A stretch of DNA of 64,000 nucleotides. Source: a virus. Positions within the stretch are counted from its first letter, which is position 1, and each line of letters opens with the position of its first letter. The notes below the pieces were generated by a model, which was not told the origin of the DNA, ran no database searches, and saw only the letters and a list, made by a program, of their open reading frames with translations. This document shows, piece by piece, positions 29,304 through 37,675 of this stretch. The position numbers were made by a program, and so were the translations under genes. The stretch spans positions 15,915 to 79,914 of the IMG/VR virus record IMGVR_UViG_3300025030_001282. The stretch is one strand, 5' to 3'.

Positions 29304-30253
29304 TACTTTTAAAGAAAAAGCACGCATTGCGTGCAGAAACGATGCAAAAGGCGCGAAAGCTTGACGGACGCATAAACTTCAACGGCCTGGAGGTGTCGAT
29401 CGAGACAGGGCGCTCCCGTTGCCGGGTCTGGTACGACCCGCACAACAAGAGCGAGGGCATGTCCCGGATGGCGCTCCCCTACGGTTACATCAAGGGGACG
29501 CTGGGCACCGACGGGGACCACGTGGACGTGTTCGTCGGCCCGGACCACAGCGCCCCCGAGGTCTACGTGATCCACACCACGAAGGCCCCCGACTTCACTG
29601 AGTACGACGAGGACAAATGCGTCCTGGGAGTAGGAAGCCCCGAGGCGGCCCAGCGGGCATTCTCCGCGAGCTACAGCGACCCGCAGTTTTACGGCGGCAT
29701 GAGCATCTGGCCTTTCGAGGAATTCAAGGCGCACGTGCTATCGAGCGAGGCCAAGGGGCAGCCCCTGCGGAAGTCCGGAGAGGAGTACTGCAAGAAGCTC
29801 GGGGACCAGCTGGGCATCGATTGGAAGCAGGTAGACCTGGATGCATTCTGCGACGGCATGTTCGAGGAGGACGGCAAGCACGGAAGCATCGCGGGAGCCG
29901 CTAGGGTAGTGATCGCCAACCTGAAGAAAGACCCGCACTGCTACTCCGGGGAGAGCAAGAGCGGCAGGCTGCAGAAGGCGCTCTTCACCGTCGCGGAAAT
30001 CCGGGAACGTGCCCAGAAGGCATATCGGGAGGCCTGCACCGCTGCAGGCGGCAACTGGAACGATCTGAACCCGGAGGAGTTCTACCAGGGGATGAAGGAG
30101 GAGATGGAGCACCGGGACGTGACAGGAGGTGATCTGGTCCTGACCGCCAAGATCGTCCTCGCCCACCTGCGGGAAGACGCGAGCTATTACAGCAAGCTTG
30201 AAAGACTGCAGAAGGCTAGGAAGACCCGACTTCTTGCCGGTGCCTACTGGTAA
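29297..30253 (+). CDS. Inorganic-pyrophosphatase-like domain plus two DUF5661-like domains
   Basis: YGYIKGT.G.DGDHVDVFVG...YDEDK..LG; GMKEEMEH...AKIVLAHLRED..YYSKL plus a degenerate copy (GMFEEDGKH...ANLKKDPHCY). Confidence 0.8.
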   Translation: MLILLKKKHALRAETMQKARKLDGRINFNGLEVSIETGRSRCRVWYDPHNKSEGMSRMALPYGYIKGTLGTDGDHVDVFVGPDHSAPEVYVIHTTKAPDFTEYDEDKCVLGVGSPEAAQRAFSASYSDPQFYGGMSIWPFEEFKAHVLSSEAKGQPLRKSGEEYCKKLGDQLGIDWKQVDLDAFCDGMFEEDGKHGSIAGAARVVIANLKKDPHCYSGESKSGRLQKALFTVAEIRERAQKAYREACTAAGGNWNDLNPEEFYQGMKEEMEHRDVTGGDLVLTAKIVLAHLREDASYYSKLERLQKARKTRLLAGAYW

Positions 30254-30256
30254 CGG

Positions 30257-30571
30257 GTGGGCCACGACAGGGATAGCATAACCCAGCACGCCTGGGACCG
30301 TTTTCTGGAAAGGTGGGAAGGCAGACGCCCAGCCTGCTGGCGCAAAGAACTGTACCGCCTGATCGAGACATCGGTTTTCGAAGACCTGGGGCATGGGCAA
30401 GTTGTCCGGCTGATTAACCACGGATATCAGCCAGCGGTTTACCTCACCACAGAAGGCTGGCGCTTTGTGGTGGACAAGACCTCCGGGATACTGCTGACAT
30501 GCGAACGAGCGTATAAAAGGGCGAAGGCCCGAGCGCCCAAGGGGATCAGCCGGAAGAGGTGCGGGCGATAA
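30257..30571 (+). CDS. Hypothetical protein (T.HA..RF.ER motif; possibly an RNase-like fold)
   Basis: ITQHAWDRFLERW; GTG start right after the previous stop. Confidence 0.5.
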   Translation: MGHDRDSITQHAWDRFLERWEGRRPACWRKELYRLIETSVFEDLGHGQVVRLINHGYQPAVYLTTEGWRFVVDKTSGILLTCERAYKRAKARAPKGISRKRCGR

Positions 30572-30611
30572 AGGGAAGGGGGGAGGCGCTGTCTCCTCTC
30601 CCCTTCCCTTT
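30570..30611. terminator. Bidirectional hairpin terminator between convergent genes
   Basis: aaagggaagggg...ccccttcccttt inverted repeat. Confidence 0.7.
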
Positions 30612-31099
30612 CAGATCCTGAAGAACCCCAACTGCCCCTTTAAGGGATAGAAGGGCAGCGGCTTGATATCGCGCAGCACAAAGCCATACGGCCCCATGAA
30701 CCAGGGTGAATCCGACCTGTTGACGCAATCCACGATCTCCGCCTCGCCGATGATACCGCCGCGCTCAATAGTGCCCGCCATGATCTCCCTGCACCCCTTT
30801 TCCCAAGCCTCCGGGCACCGCTGCCGCACCCAATCCCAGGAACCGCGCCACTCGTCCTTCGTCACGCCTTTAGCCGCATGGATCAGGACGCGGCCCCGCA
30901 CCTTTGTCCGCCAGGAGCGGTTTTCAATATCTTTGCCAGCATTGACGATAAGCCACGCCCACGGCTGCCGGATGGAAAGGACCAGCCCGGTCGGAGCGGG
31001 ACCAGAAGTGATAAGCCCAGCAGCCGACGGCGCGGCTGGGGGGAAGAGACAAAGATCACCCACGAGACACCTCCTACACACCAAGATACCTACGCGCAA
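30611..31099 (-). CDS. ASCH-domain protein (true start may lie downstream of 31099)
   Basis: LSIRQPWAWLIV..GKDIENRSW...RG.VLIHA...KGQLG.F. Confidence 0.85.
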   Translation of the reverse strand: MRVGILVCRRCLVGDLCLFPPAAPSAAGLITSGPAPTGLVLSIRQPWAWLIVNAGKDIENRSWRTKVRGRVLIHAAKGVTKDEWRGSWDWVRQRCPEAWEKGCREIMAGTIERGGIIGEAEIVDCVNRSDSPWFMGPYGFVLRDIKPLPFYPLKGQLGFFRI

Positions 31100-31134
31100 A
31101 GAAAGGCCGCCACGGAAAATGATATCGGAAAAGA

Positions 31135-31175
31135 CAAAAAGTTTGACCGAGTGAAATTATTGACATACGCTACAG
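31135..31175 (+). promoter_or_regulatory. Promoter TTGACC-17-TACGCT, overlapped by the conserved motif (31160-31175)
   Basis: CAAAAAGT-TTGACC (31143), -10 at 31166-31171, motif TTGACATACGCTACAG. Confidence 0.65.
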
Positions 31176-31179
31176 CGAA

Positions 31180-31371
31180 ATGGCCAAGCCGCGCACAATA
31201 TACCTGCTTCGCAAAAGCAGCCAGGGCGCAGAAGAGGCGATCCCGGTACTGACCCGAACGGACCTGCCGCTCAGGTTCCACTACAAGGGCCGGGAAATAA
31301 ACATAGAGGCAACCCCCAAGGGAAACCTCGTAATCAAAGAGACACGCTTGACAGGGAACAACGGGGAGTAG
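31180..31371 (+). CDS. Small hypothetical protein, probably leaderless
   Basis: ATG lies ~9 nt after the -10 box; contains YLLRKS. Confidence 0.55.
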   Translation: MAKPRTIYLLRKSSQGAEEAIPVLTRTDLPLRFHYKGREINIEATPKGNLVIKETRLTGNNGE

Positions 31372-31400
31372 CCGAAAGGCAAATGACCCGTCCAGTTATA

Positions 31401-31433
31401 GGCGACTACCGGTACTACCGGAGTCGCCTTTTT
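31401..31433 (+). terminator. Intrinsic terminator-like hairpin upstream of the protease gene
   Basis: ggcgact(a)ccgg-tacta-ccggagtcgcc followed by TTTTT. Confidence 0.6.
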
Positions 31434-31449
31434 GCGTTTGGAGCCCGGA

Positions 31450-32391
31450 ATGGAAGCAGAAGACCAAGTCCTATTTGAATTGCCGGTGGAACTGGAACTC
31501 AGAAAGAGCCAGGGCAGCAGCACGCCGCGCCGCATTCTCCGGGGCTACGCATCCACCGCGAGCAAGGACCAGGACGGCGAAACTGTTTTGCAGCACGGGA
31601 TGGACTTTTCCCCGCTCCTGAAATCCGGCTTCATGAACTACGACCACCAGGGCAAGTGCCTGCAATGCCAAGTGGTGTCTGATCGCCCGGTCTGCCCCAG
31701 CTGCGGATCCAGAGCAAAGATGCCGATTATCATCGGCTACCCGCTCAGCGCCGAGATCCGGGACAAGGGATGGTGGCTGGAAAGCGAAATTTTCAACGGT
31801 GCCGCCGCCGTCGACGTCAACAGCGACCAGCTGCGGCTCGCAGACGAAATGTGGGCGCTCGGTATGGCCATGCAGAAATCTGGCGGTAACAGGAGCCTTG
31901 CCTATTCGGTCGAGGGAGGCGTCCTGCAGCGGCACGGCAAGAAGGTGGTTAAGTCCGTGGTCCGGCACTGCGCCGTTACCCACAAGCCGGTGAACGAGGA
32001 CGCAAGCGTCGAGCTGTTCATGAAATCCATGTGCTGCGGGCGCTGCAACCCGGATCACATGCTCTACGTGCCCGGCCACAGCTGCGGAAGCCATGCGGAA
32101 GACGAAGTGCAGAAAGCCATGTCCACCGAATCCGCCGCGCCGCTCATGCTGCAGAACCTGGACCGGGGCACCTCGGGGCTCCTGTACGGGATGAACCCGA
32201 CCGCCTGCGGCTGCTGCGATGAAAACTGGAAGTTCAAGAACGGAGTGGTGGGAGCAGCCAACCACCTTCAGAAATGCCAGGGGCTATCCAAGGACCAAAG
32301 CATATCGTTCCTGCGCAAAGTGATCCATAACGCGCCGCACCGTCCCGACCTTGCGGCGCTCGTCAAACAAGCCGGTCTCATAGGCAATTAA
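31450..32391 (+). CDS. Prohead (maturation) protease
   Basis: GYAST..KDQDGE.V.Q.G.D...NYDH...YSVEG...CAVT..PVN; lies before scaffold and capsid; GGAG RBS favours ATG 31450. Confidence 0.85.
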   Translation: MEAEDQVLFELPVELELRKSQGSSTPRRILRGYASTASKDQDGETVLQHGMDFSPLLKSGFMNYDHQGKCLQCQVVSDRPVCPSCGSRAKMPIIIGYPLSAEIRDKGWWLESEIFNGAAAVDVNSDQLRLADEMWALGMAMQKSGGNRSLAYSVEGGVLQRHGKKVVKSVVRHCAVTHKPVNEDASVELFMKSMCCGRCNPDHMLYVPGHSCGSHAEDEVQKAMSTESAAPLMLQNLDRGTSGLLYGMNPTACGCCDENWKFKNGVVGAANHLQKCQGLSKDQSISFLRKVIHNAPHRPDLAALVKQAGLIGN

Positions 32392-32410
32392 AGAGGGGAG
32401 GAATATACGC

Positions 32411-33151
32411 ATGGACGCAAGGGCTAAAGCCAAAAAACAGTACGACGACACGATGGCCGAGCTGGACCTGCTCGAAAAATCGCAGAAAACCGGCGATGAA
32501 GCTACCGACGATCTGGAGGCGCTTACCAAGTCGCTGGAAGCGGAACTTGCAGGGGACGACCCCCTGAAGAAATCCGGGGACAACGACGCGGACGACAAGG
32601 GCGGCAAAACCGAGGGCGACGAGGAAACCGAGATGGAGAAATCCCTCCGCCTCGCCGCCGAGGAAGAACTCCGCAAAGCCCAGGAAGCCGAGCAGGAGGA
32701 GTACGACGAACTGGTGAAGGCCAGCGAGGCGTATGCAGCTCTCGAGGAGACGATCCAGAAGTCCCACGGCGGGATTCAGGAGCAACTTTCGACGCTGTGC
32801 AAGAGCATGGCAGCCCTGACCAACCTCAACCTCAAGATGGCCGGTGTGATTACCGCGCAGTCCGGAGAGATCGCCACCCTGAAGAAGTCCCGCGAAGAGG
32901 ATCTGGAAACCATCCAGAAATCCGTGGCCACCCTGGGCGGCAGGCCGGTCATGCCGAACACTGCGGTCCTCGGCGTGAAGCTGGTCGACGGCAAGGAAGA
33001 GACGCTGACCAAATCCCTTTCCGAAATCGGCGACGACCTGACCAAGGCAGTCCAGGAAGGCAAGATCGATTCCCGCCACCTCTCGGTGTGGGGCACCTAC
33101 AAGGACGTCAACCGGCTGCCCGACGAAGTAAAGACGCTCATCGGCATTTAA
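32411..33151 (+). CDS. Scaffold protein
   Basis: Acidic coiled-coil between protease and capsid; 12 [LIM]xK[SA] motifs. Confidence 0.8.
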   Translation: MDARAKAKKQYDDTMAELDLLEKSQKTGDEATDDLEALTKSLEAELAGDDPLKKSGDNDADDKGGKTEGDEETEMEKSLRLAAEEELRKAQEAEQEEYDELVKASEAYAALEETIQKSHGGIQEQLSTLCKSMAALTNLNLKMAGVITAQSGEIATLKKSREEDLETIQKSVATLGGRPVMPNTAVLGVKLVDGKEETLTKSLSEIGDDLTKAVQEGKIDSRHLSVWGTYKDVNRLPDEVKTLIGI

Positions 33152-33193
33152 CGGTCTTACAACAGGCCTGCACTCAAAAAGGGAGGAATTAGC

Positions 33194-34633
33194 GTGGATA
33201 TCCAGAGTTTTGACATGATGCTGAAAGCAGGCGGATATAGCCTGACCGGGGACCAGATCGTCGACGATCTCCGCAAAGCACTTACCACCACCAACAGCGG
33301 CCCCGGCGGCATCCAGTCCGGCCCGCTGATGCTGGAGAACCTGGACTCGGTCATGACCGAAGTCCTGATCACTGAGCAGCATTTCAAGCTGTTCAACAAA
33401 CTGCCCAAGGTGCCGAGCGCCCAGCCGTACTACGAGTACAACGTCCACAAGGGCTTCGGCTCGAACCGTTCCGGTGGTGCAGGCTTCCGCCAGGGCGGAG
33501 CGCCGAAGGGCGGCACCAGCTCCTTCGAGAGAAAGGGCATCTACAACAAGTTCCTGGGCGTAAAAGGCGGAGTGACCCACCAGATGCTCATCACCGGGCA
33601 GAACGGCGGGAGCTTCGAAGACCCCACGGTCCGCGAAAACCGCGACCGCACCCTGGAGCTGCTGGAGAAGGTCGAGCGTGAACTGATGTTCGGCCAGAAA
33701 GCCATCCTCGACGAGAACGGCGAGGAAGTAAACTTCGACGGACTGCTGACCCAGCTGCTCGCCGACAACGGCGCGAACGTGATCGACATGAAGGGTGCGC
33801 CCCTGACCTTCGACGAGCTGGACGACGCCGCCCAGGATCTGATCACGACCGGCAAGCAGCCTTCGGTGAACGGTTACCAGATTCTGCAGAGCCCGCACGT
33901 TTCCAGCGGCCTCAACAAGCAGTTCGGCACCAGGAACCAGGTCCGCTTCAACAAGGACAGCGCCGTGAACGCGAACTACGTCCCCGGCCAGAGCATCAAC
34001 AAGTACGATTCGGAGTTCGGCACCTTCGAGTTCGACCACTCCATCCTCCTGCAGGAAGTGGAAGCCGCCGCTCCGGTCGCTGCCGCGCCCGCCAACGTTC
34101 CCGCCACCCCGGCGATCACCACCCAGCCCGCAGCAGCCGACGACGCCGTAGGCAACCACATTGCCGGGACGGTCTACTACTCCATCGCGGCCTTTAACGA
34201 TACCGGCGAGAGCCTGCCGGTGATCACCGACGCCGTCGCCATCCCGGACGCTACCAGCAAGGTGACCACCGTCATCACCCGGCTGGCAGGGGCCACCGGC
34301 TACCGCATTTATCGCGGCAAGCTGGCCGACGGCTCCGACCACAAGTGGATTGCCAAGGTGGCACAGAGCACCTCCGGCAACATCACCTTCGTGGACAAGA
34401 ACGGCTGGTTCACCACCGACGCCAACGGCAAGCAGTCCGACGGCCTCGCCCTGATGATCAAGCCCGAGGCCCGCGACATCGCCATCGCACAGATGACGCC
34501 GATGATCAAGATGCCGCTGCCGCAGGAGGGGACCACCTTCCCCTTCCTGCTGCTGCTCTACATCGTCAGCGTGATCAAGGCCCCGGAAAGGGTCAAGATT
34601 TACAAGAACTGCGGCACCTTTACCCCGGCCTAG
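33194..34633 (+). CDS. Major capsid protein (SPO1/A511-like, with an FN3-like insertion)
   Basis: L..ENLD, E...FG, FDGL...NVID.KG..L, Y.Y...A.N..GES..., Y.IYR; GGGAGG RBS. Confidence 0.9.
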   Translation: MDIQSFDMMLKAGGYSLTGDQIVDDLRKALTTTNSGPGGIQSGPLMLENLDSVMTEVLITEQHFKLFNKLPKVPSAQPYYEYNVHKGFGSNRSGGAGFRQGGAPKGGTSSFERKGIYNKFLGVKGGVTHQMLITGQNGGSFEDPTVRENRDRTLELLEKVERELMFGQKAILDENGEEVNFDGLLTQLLADNGANVIDMKGAPLTFDELDDAAQDLITTGKQPSVNGYQILQSPHVSSGLNKQFGTRNQVRFNKDSAVNANYVPGQSINKYDSEFGTFEFDHSILLQEVEAAAPVAAAPANVPATPAITTQPAAADDAVGNHIAGTVYYSIAAFNDTGESLPVITDAVAIPDATSKVTTVITRLAGATGYRIYRGKLADGSDHKWIAKVAQSTSGNITFVDKNGWFTTDANGKQSDGLALMIKPEARDIAIAQMTPMIKMPLPQEGTTFPFLLLLYIVSVIKAPERVKIYKNCGTFTPA

Positions 34634-34634
34634 T

Positions 34635-34650
34635 CTGTAGCGTATAGCAA
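34635..34650 (-). promoter_or_regulatory. Conserved 16-bp motif, reverse copy immediately after the capsid stop
   Basis: Reverse complement reads TTGCTATACGCTACAG. Confidence 0.7.
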
Positions 34651-34658
34651 TGCACCAC

Positions 34659-34690
34659 AAAAGGGAGGCGGCAAGCCCGCCTCCCTTTTT
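34659..34690 (+). terminator. Rho-independent terminator after the capsid gene
   Basis: aaaa-gggaggcgg-caagc-ccgcctccc-ttttt. Confidence 0.85.
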
Positions 34691-34715
34691 CTAACTACCA
34701 CTTAAAGGAGTTTAT

Positions 34716-35321
34716 ATGTCGAGCGTTCAGATTTGCTCCGTGTTCACAGGCCGGGTCGGCGTCACCACCAAACAGGGCAAGAGTTCCACCGTTACCTTCT
34801 ACGAAAAGCACGACGAAACCGGCCCCATCGGTTTCGCCGAAGTTACCCACGAGCAGGCCGAGCAGTTCCTGAAGATTCCCTCCGAATACTGGAAGCCCGG
34901 TACCAGGGGAGCCCAGCCCGTGAATACCCAGGCCGTCATCGAGGCAGCCCTGGCCGCCGATCCCCTGGCGCAGAAAGCTGCCGACGACCTCATGAGCGGG
35001 AATAGTCCCGAGCAGAACCGCGAGGAGTTGAAGGAGGAGCTTAGAAAGGAACTCCTGGCAGAGATGGAGAGCGAGAAGAAGGACACTCGCACCCCTGCAC
35101 AGAAAGCTAAGGACACCAAGGAAGCCAAGAAGGGTAATCTGGCACCCCCCTTCGAGAAGAAGGAAGAAGGCAAAACGGTGGACCCGGCCATCGCGCCGCT
35201 CCTCGACGCCATCAAGCTGGCCGAGACGGACGAAGAGGTTGACGCAGTTGTCGGCACCAACGACAGCCCGGAAGTAACCGCAGCAGCCACCGAGCGCAAA
35301 GCCGAGATCAAGGCCGCGTAG
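34716..35321 (+). CDS. Hypothetical protein
   Basis: AAGGAG RBS; post-capsid position. Confidence 0.7.
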   Translation: MSSVQICSVFTGRVGVTTKQGKSSTVTFYEKHDETGPIGFAEVTHEQAEQFLKIPSEYWKPGTRGAQPVNTQAVIEAALAADPLAQKAADDLMSGNSPEQNREELKEELRKELLAEMESEKKDTRTPAQKAKDTKEAKKGNLAPPFEKKEEGKTVDPAIAPLLDAIKLAETDEEVDAVVGTNDSPEVTAAATERKAEIKAA

Positions 35322-35396
35322 TCACCATAGCAGCACCAACCAAAAGGGAGGCGGACAACCGCCTCCCCGCTTTCAAGCCTGGGGAGGGGAAACACG

Positions 35397-35684
35397 ATGG
35401 CGCGTAAAAAACGTAAATTCGGAAGCAACATGGTCGCAAACTTCGGCGAAGTGAAGGCCATGCGCGAGGAGATGAACAAGCTGGTCGGCGAAGTGGACGA
35501 GCTGAAAACCAAGCTGGCCGCAGCCGTGACGCTGCTCCTTGAGGTGAAGACCAAGCAGGGCTCCCATACGCACACGGGCGTCACTGTGGGTGCCGGTGTT
35601 TCCGGTGCCGCATCCACCCTCACCTACACCGCCACCGACCCGAGCACGACCTTTACCAGCGTCGAAGCAGCAGAGGTCCAGTAG
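35397..35684 (+). CDS. Small coiled-coil structural protein (head fibre/decoration candidate)
   Basis: GGAGG RBS; coiled coil followed by HTH-T-G motif. Confidence 0.6.
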   Translation: MARKKRKFGSNMVANFGEVKAMREEMNKLVGEVDELKTKLAAAVTLLLEVKTKQGSHTHTGVTVGAGVSGAASTLTYTATDPSTTFTSVEAAEVQ

Positions 35685-37037
35685 ATGCTGACCTCCTTAA
35701 AGATAGACACGGACAAGGCGGAGTACAGCCGCCTCGAATCCCTGCGATCGGTGGTCAGGGTGCGGGTACTCCCCACCCCGGCCACCGGGCTCGTTGGGGA
35801 AGCGGCAGTGGTGTCTCTCGTGAAGAAGGGGGTCACCATCTGGAGCACGCCGGTCGTATTCAGCGGCGACGCCAGCAAAGGCGTCGTCGTGCCGATCGAC
35901 CTGACCAACATCAAGGACGACAACGGCGACACGCACATCAGCCGTGGCGTTTACACGGTGGAAGCCACCCAAGGGGACGTCAGCGCCACCAAGGACTTTT
36001 CGGTGGCGCTGATCACCGCCGCAGAGATGCGGAAATCCTACTGCCAGGGGCTCCATCTGGTTGCGGGCTACAAGCTGGCCGCCAAGCGCCAGCCCTCACT
36101 CGTGACCGGCGTCACCATCACCGACGTTTCCAAGGGGACCAGGGCAGGCGTGAAGGCGCTGAGCTACGACGCAAGCGCCCACACGCTGACCTGGGACAAC
36201 GGCCCAGCCATCACCATTGAGGACGCCGAGAACGCCATCCTAATCGACTCCAAGGGGAGCAACTGGATTGAGGTGGACATTGACCCGTTCGGGCTCCCGG
36301 ACGCCGACGCCGCCGAGGGGATCCTGCTCGCGGATGAAAGTTTAGACGACGAGTTTATCCGGCGCGAGATCGAGAAGGCCACCCAGGAAGCAGAGGTGCG
36401 GCTCAAGGTGAACCTGGAGCCCGCCCGCATAGCAACCGAGCCCTACTTTTCCAACCCGGCCCAGGGCGAGTATTTCGACTACAAGGCGGCACCGATCATG
36501 TATCAGGCACGGGATTTTAACACCCGTGGCGTGGCGTGGCAGATGCAGATCCCGTACCACCAAATTTCAAAGATCGGCAAGGTCGAGGGCTTCATGGGGA
36601 ACACACTGGCGCTTACCATCACCGCAGGCGCAATCACCGTAAACCGGAAGTCCGGAATGCTGAACATCCTGCCGTACAACAGCCAGTACAGCTATCTATA
36701 CACCTTTTTCTCCCAGCTCAATTTCTGGGGATCCCGCGAGTTTATTCCGGACTTCTGGCGCTACAAGGGGACCATCGGAGTCGAGGAGAACACGCCGGGC
36801 GACATTCTGAAGCTCGTAGGCCTGCTGGCCGCCGTGTCGATCCTGACCACCGCCGAGCAGGCGTACCGAGCAGGCACCACATCCGAGAGCACCAGCAAGG
36901 ACGGAGTGAGCCACAGCCGTAGCTACAACGCCAAGGGCATCTATGACACCACCATCCAAGAATACAAGGAGTGGGCCGATAAGAACGCGCCCAAGCTGCG
37001 GAACCAGTATCGCGGCATTCCTTGCGTGGTGATGTAA
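35685..37037 (+). CDS. Head-tail adaptor/neck protein with N-terminal Ig-like extension
   Basis: Position; C-terminal S.S.SKDGVS.S.S motif typical of these adaptors. Confidence 0.65.
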   Translation: MLTSLKIDTDKAEYSRLESLRSVVRVRVLPTPATGLVGEAAVVSLVKKGVTIWSTPVVFSGDASKGVVVPIDLTNIKDDNGDTHISRGVYTVEATQGDVSATKDFSVALITAAEMRKSYCQGLHLVAGYKLAAKRQPSLVTGVTITDVSKGTRAGVKALSYDASAHTLTWDNGPAITIEDAENAILIDSKGSNWIEVDIDPFGLPDADAAEGILLADESLDDEFIRREIEKATQEAEVRLKVNLEPARIATEPYFSNPAQGEYFDYKAAPIMYQARDFNTRGVAWQMQIPYHQISKIGKVEGFMGNTLALTITAGAITVNRKSGMLNILPYNSQYSYLYTFFSQLNFWGSREFIPDFWRYKGTIGVEENTPGDILKLVGLLAAVSILTTAEQAYRAGTTSESTSKDGVSHSRSYNAKGIYDTTIQEYKEWADKNAPKLRNQYRGIPCVVM

Positions 37038-37675
37038 TGGCGATTCCCGTCCCGACCATAGACCAGTTCACCGAGGAGGAAGGCGAGGAAGTCCTCCACT
37101 CGATCGGCATGCGCTGCTTCTGCCACGGAGCCGACGGACAGCCGGACCCCAACTGCATGGAGCATGAAAATGGCGGCTGGCTCTACCTGAATGAGCAGAG
37201 GATCGTCGGCCTCGTGACGGACATATCGCAGCGCCGCGAACTGATGGAAACCGGAGTGTTCAACCCTGGAGACTGCGTATTTTCCCCGACGTCCGAGAAC
37301 ACCATATCTGAAGGAGACAAGATCACCTTCACATGGCCACTGCCATTCGGCCAGGGCGACGTCCTGATACGAGGCACCGGCCCGAGCGAAACGCTCTATT
37401 ACGCTGGCGTGAAGGGTATGGTCTGCATCGATCAGAACAAGGTGTTTTACAAGCAGGACCGCGACTACCGGCTACAGGGAAAGGAGATCGTCTGGACCTG
37501 GACCGGGAAGGCGACCGACGGCAAGCAGCCTGCAGCAGGGCTCCGGTACTCCTTCAAATACACCGCCTACATCGAGTGGCTGGCCTTCGTGCCCCCCATC
37601 ACCCGGATCAGCGCCGGAGTTGACATGGGGAACAAGGTCATGCTGCGCAAGAAGCACCTCGTGGAGAACCGCTAA
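37037..37675 (+). CDS. Neck/head-closure protein
   Basis: C.C......P.C......G motif; position; TAATG coupling. Confidence 0.6.
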   Translation: MAIPVPTIDQFTEEEGEEVLHSIGMRCFCHGADGQPDPNCMEHENGGWLYLNEQRIVGLVTDISQRRELMETGVFNPGDCVFSPTSENTISEGDKITFTWPLPFGQGDVLIRGTGPSETLYYAGVKGMVCIDQNKVFYKQDRDYRLQGKEIVWTWTGKATDGKQPAAGLRYSFKYTAYIEWLAFVPPITRISAGVDMGNKVMLRKKHLVENR

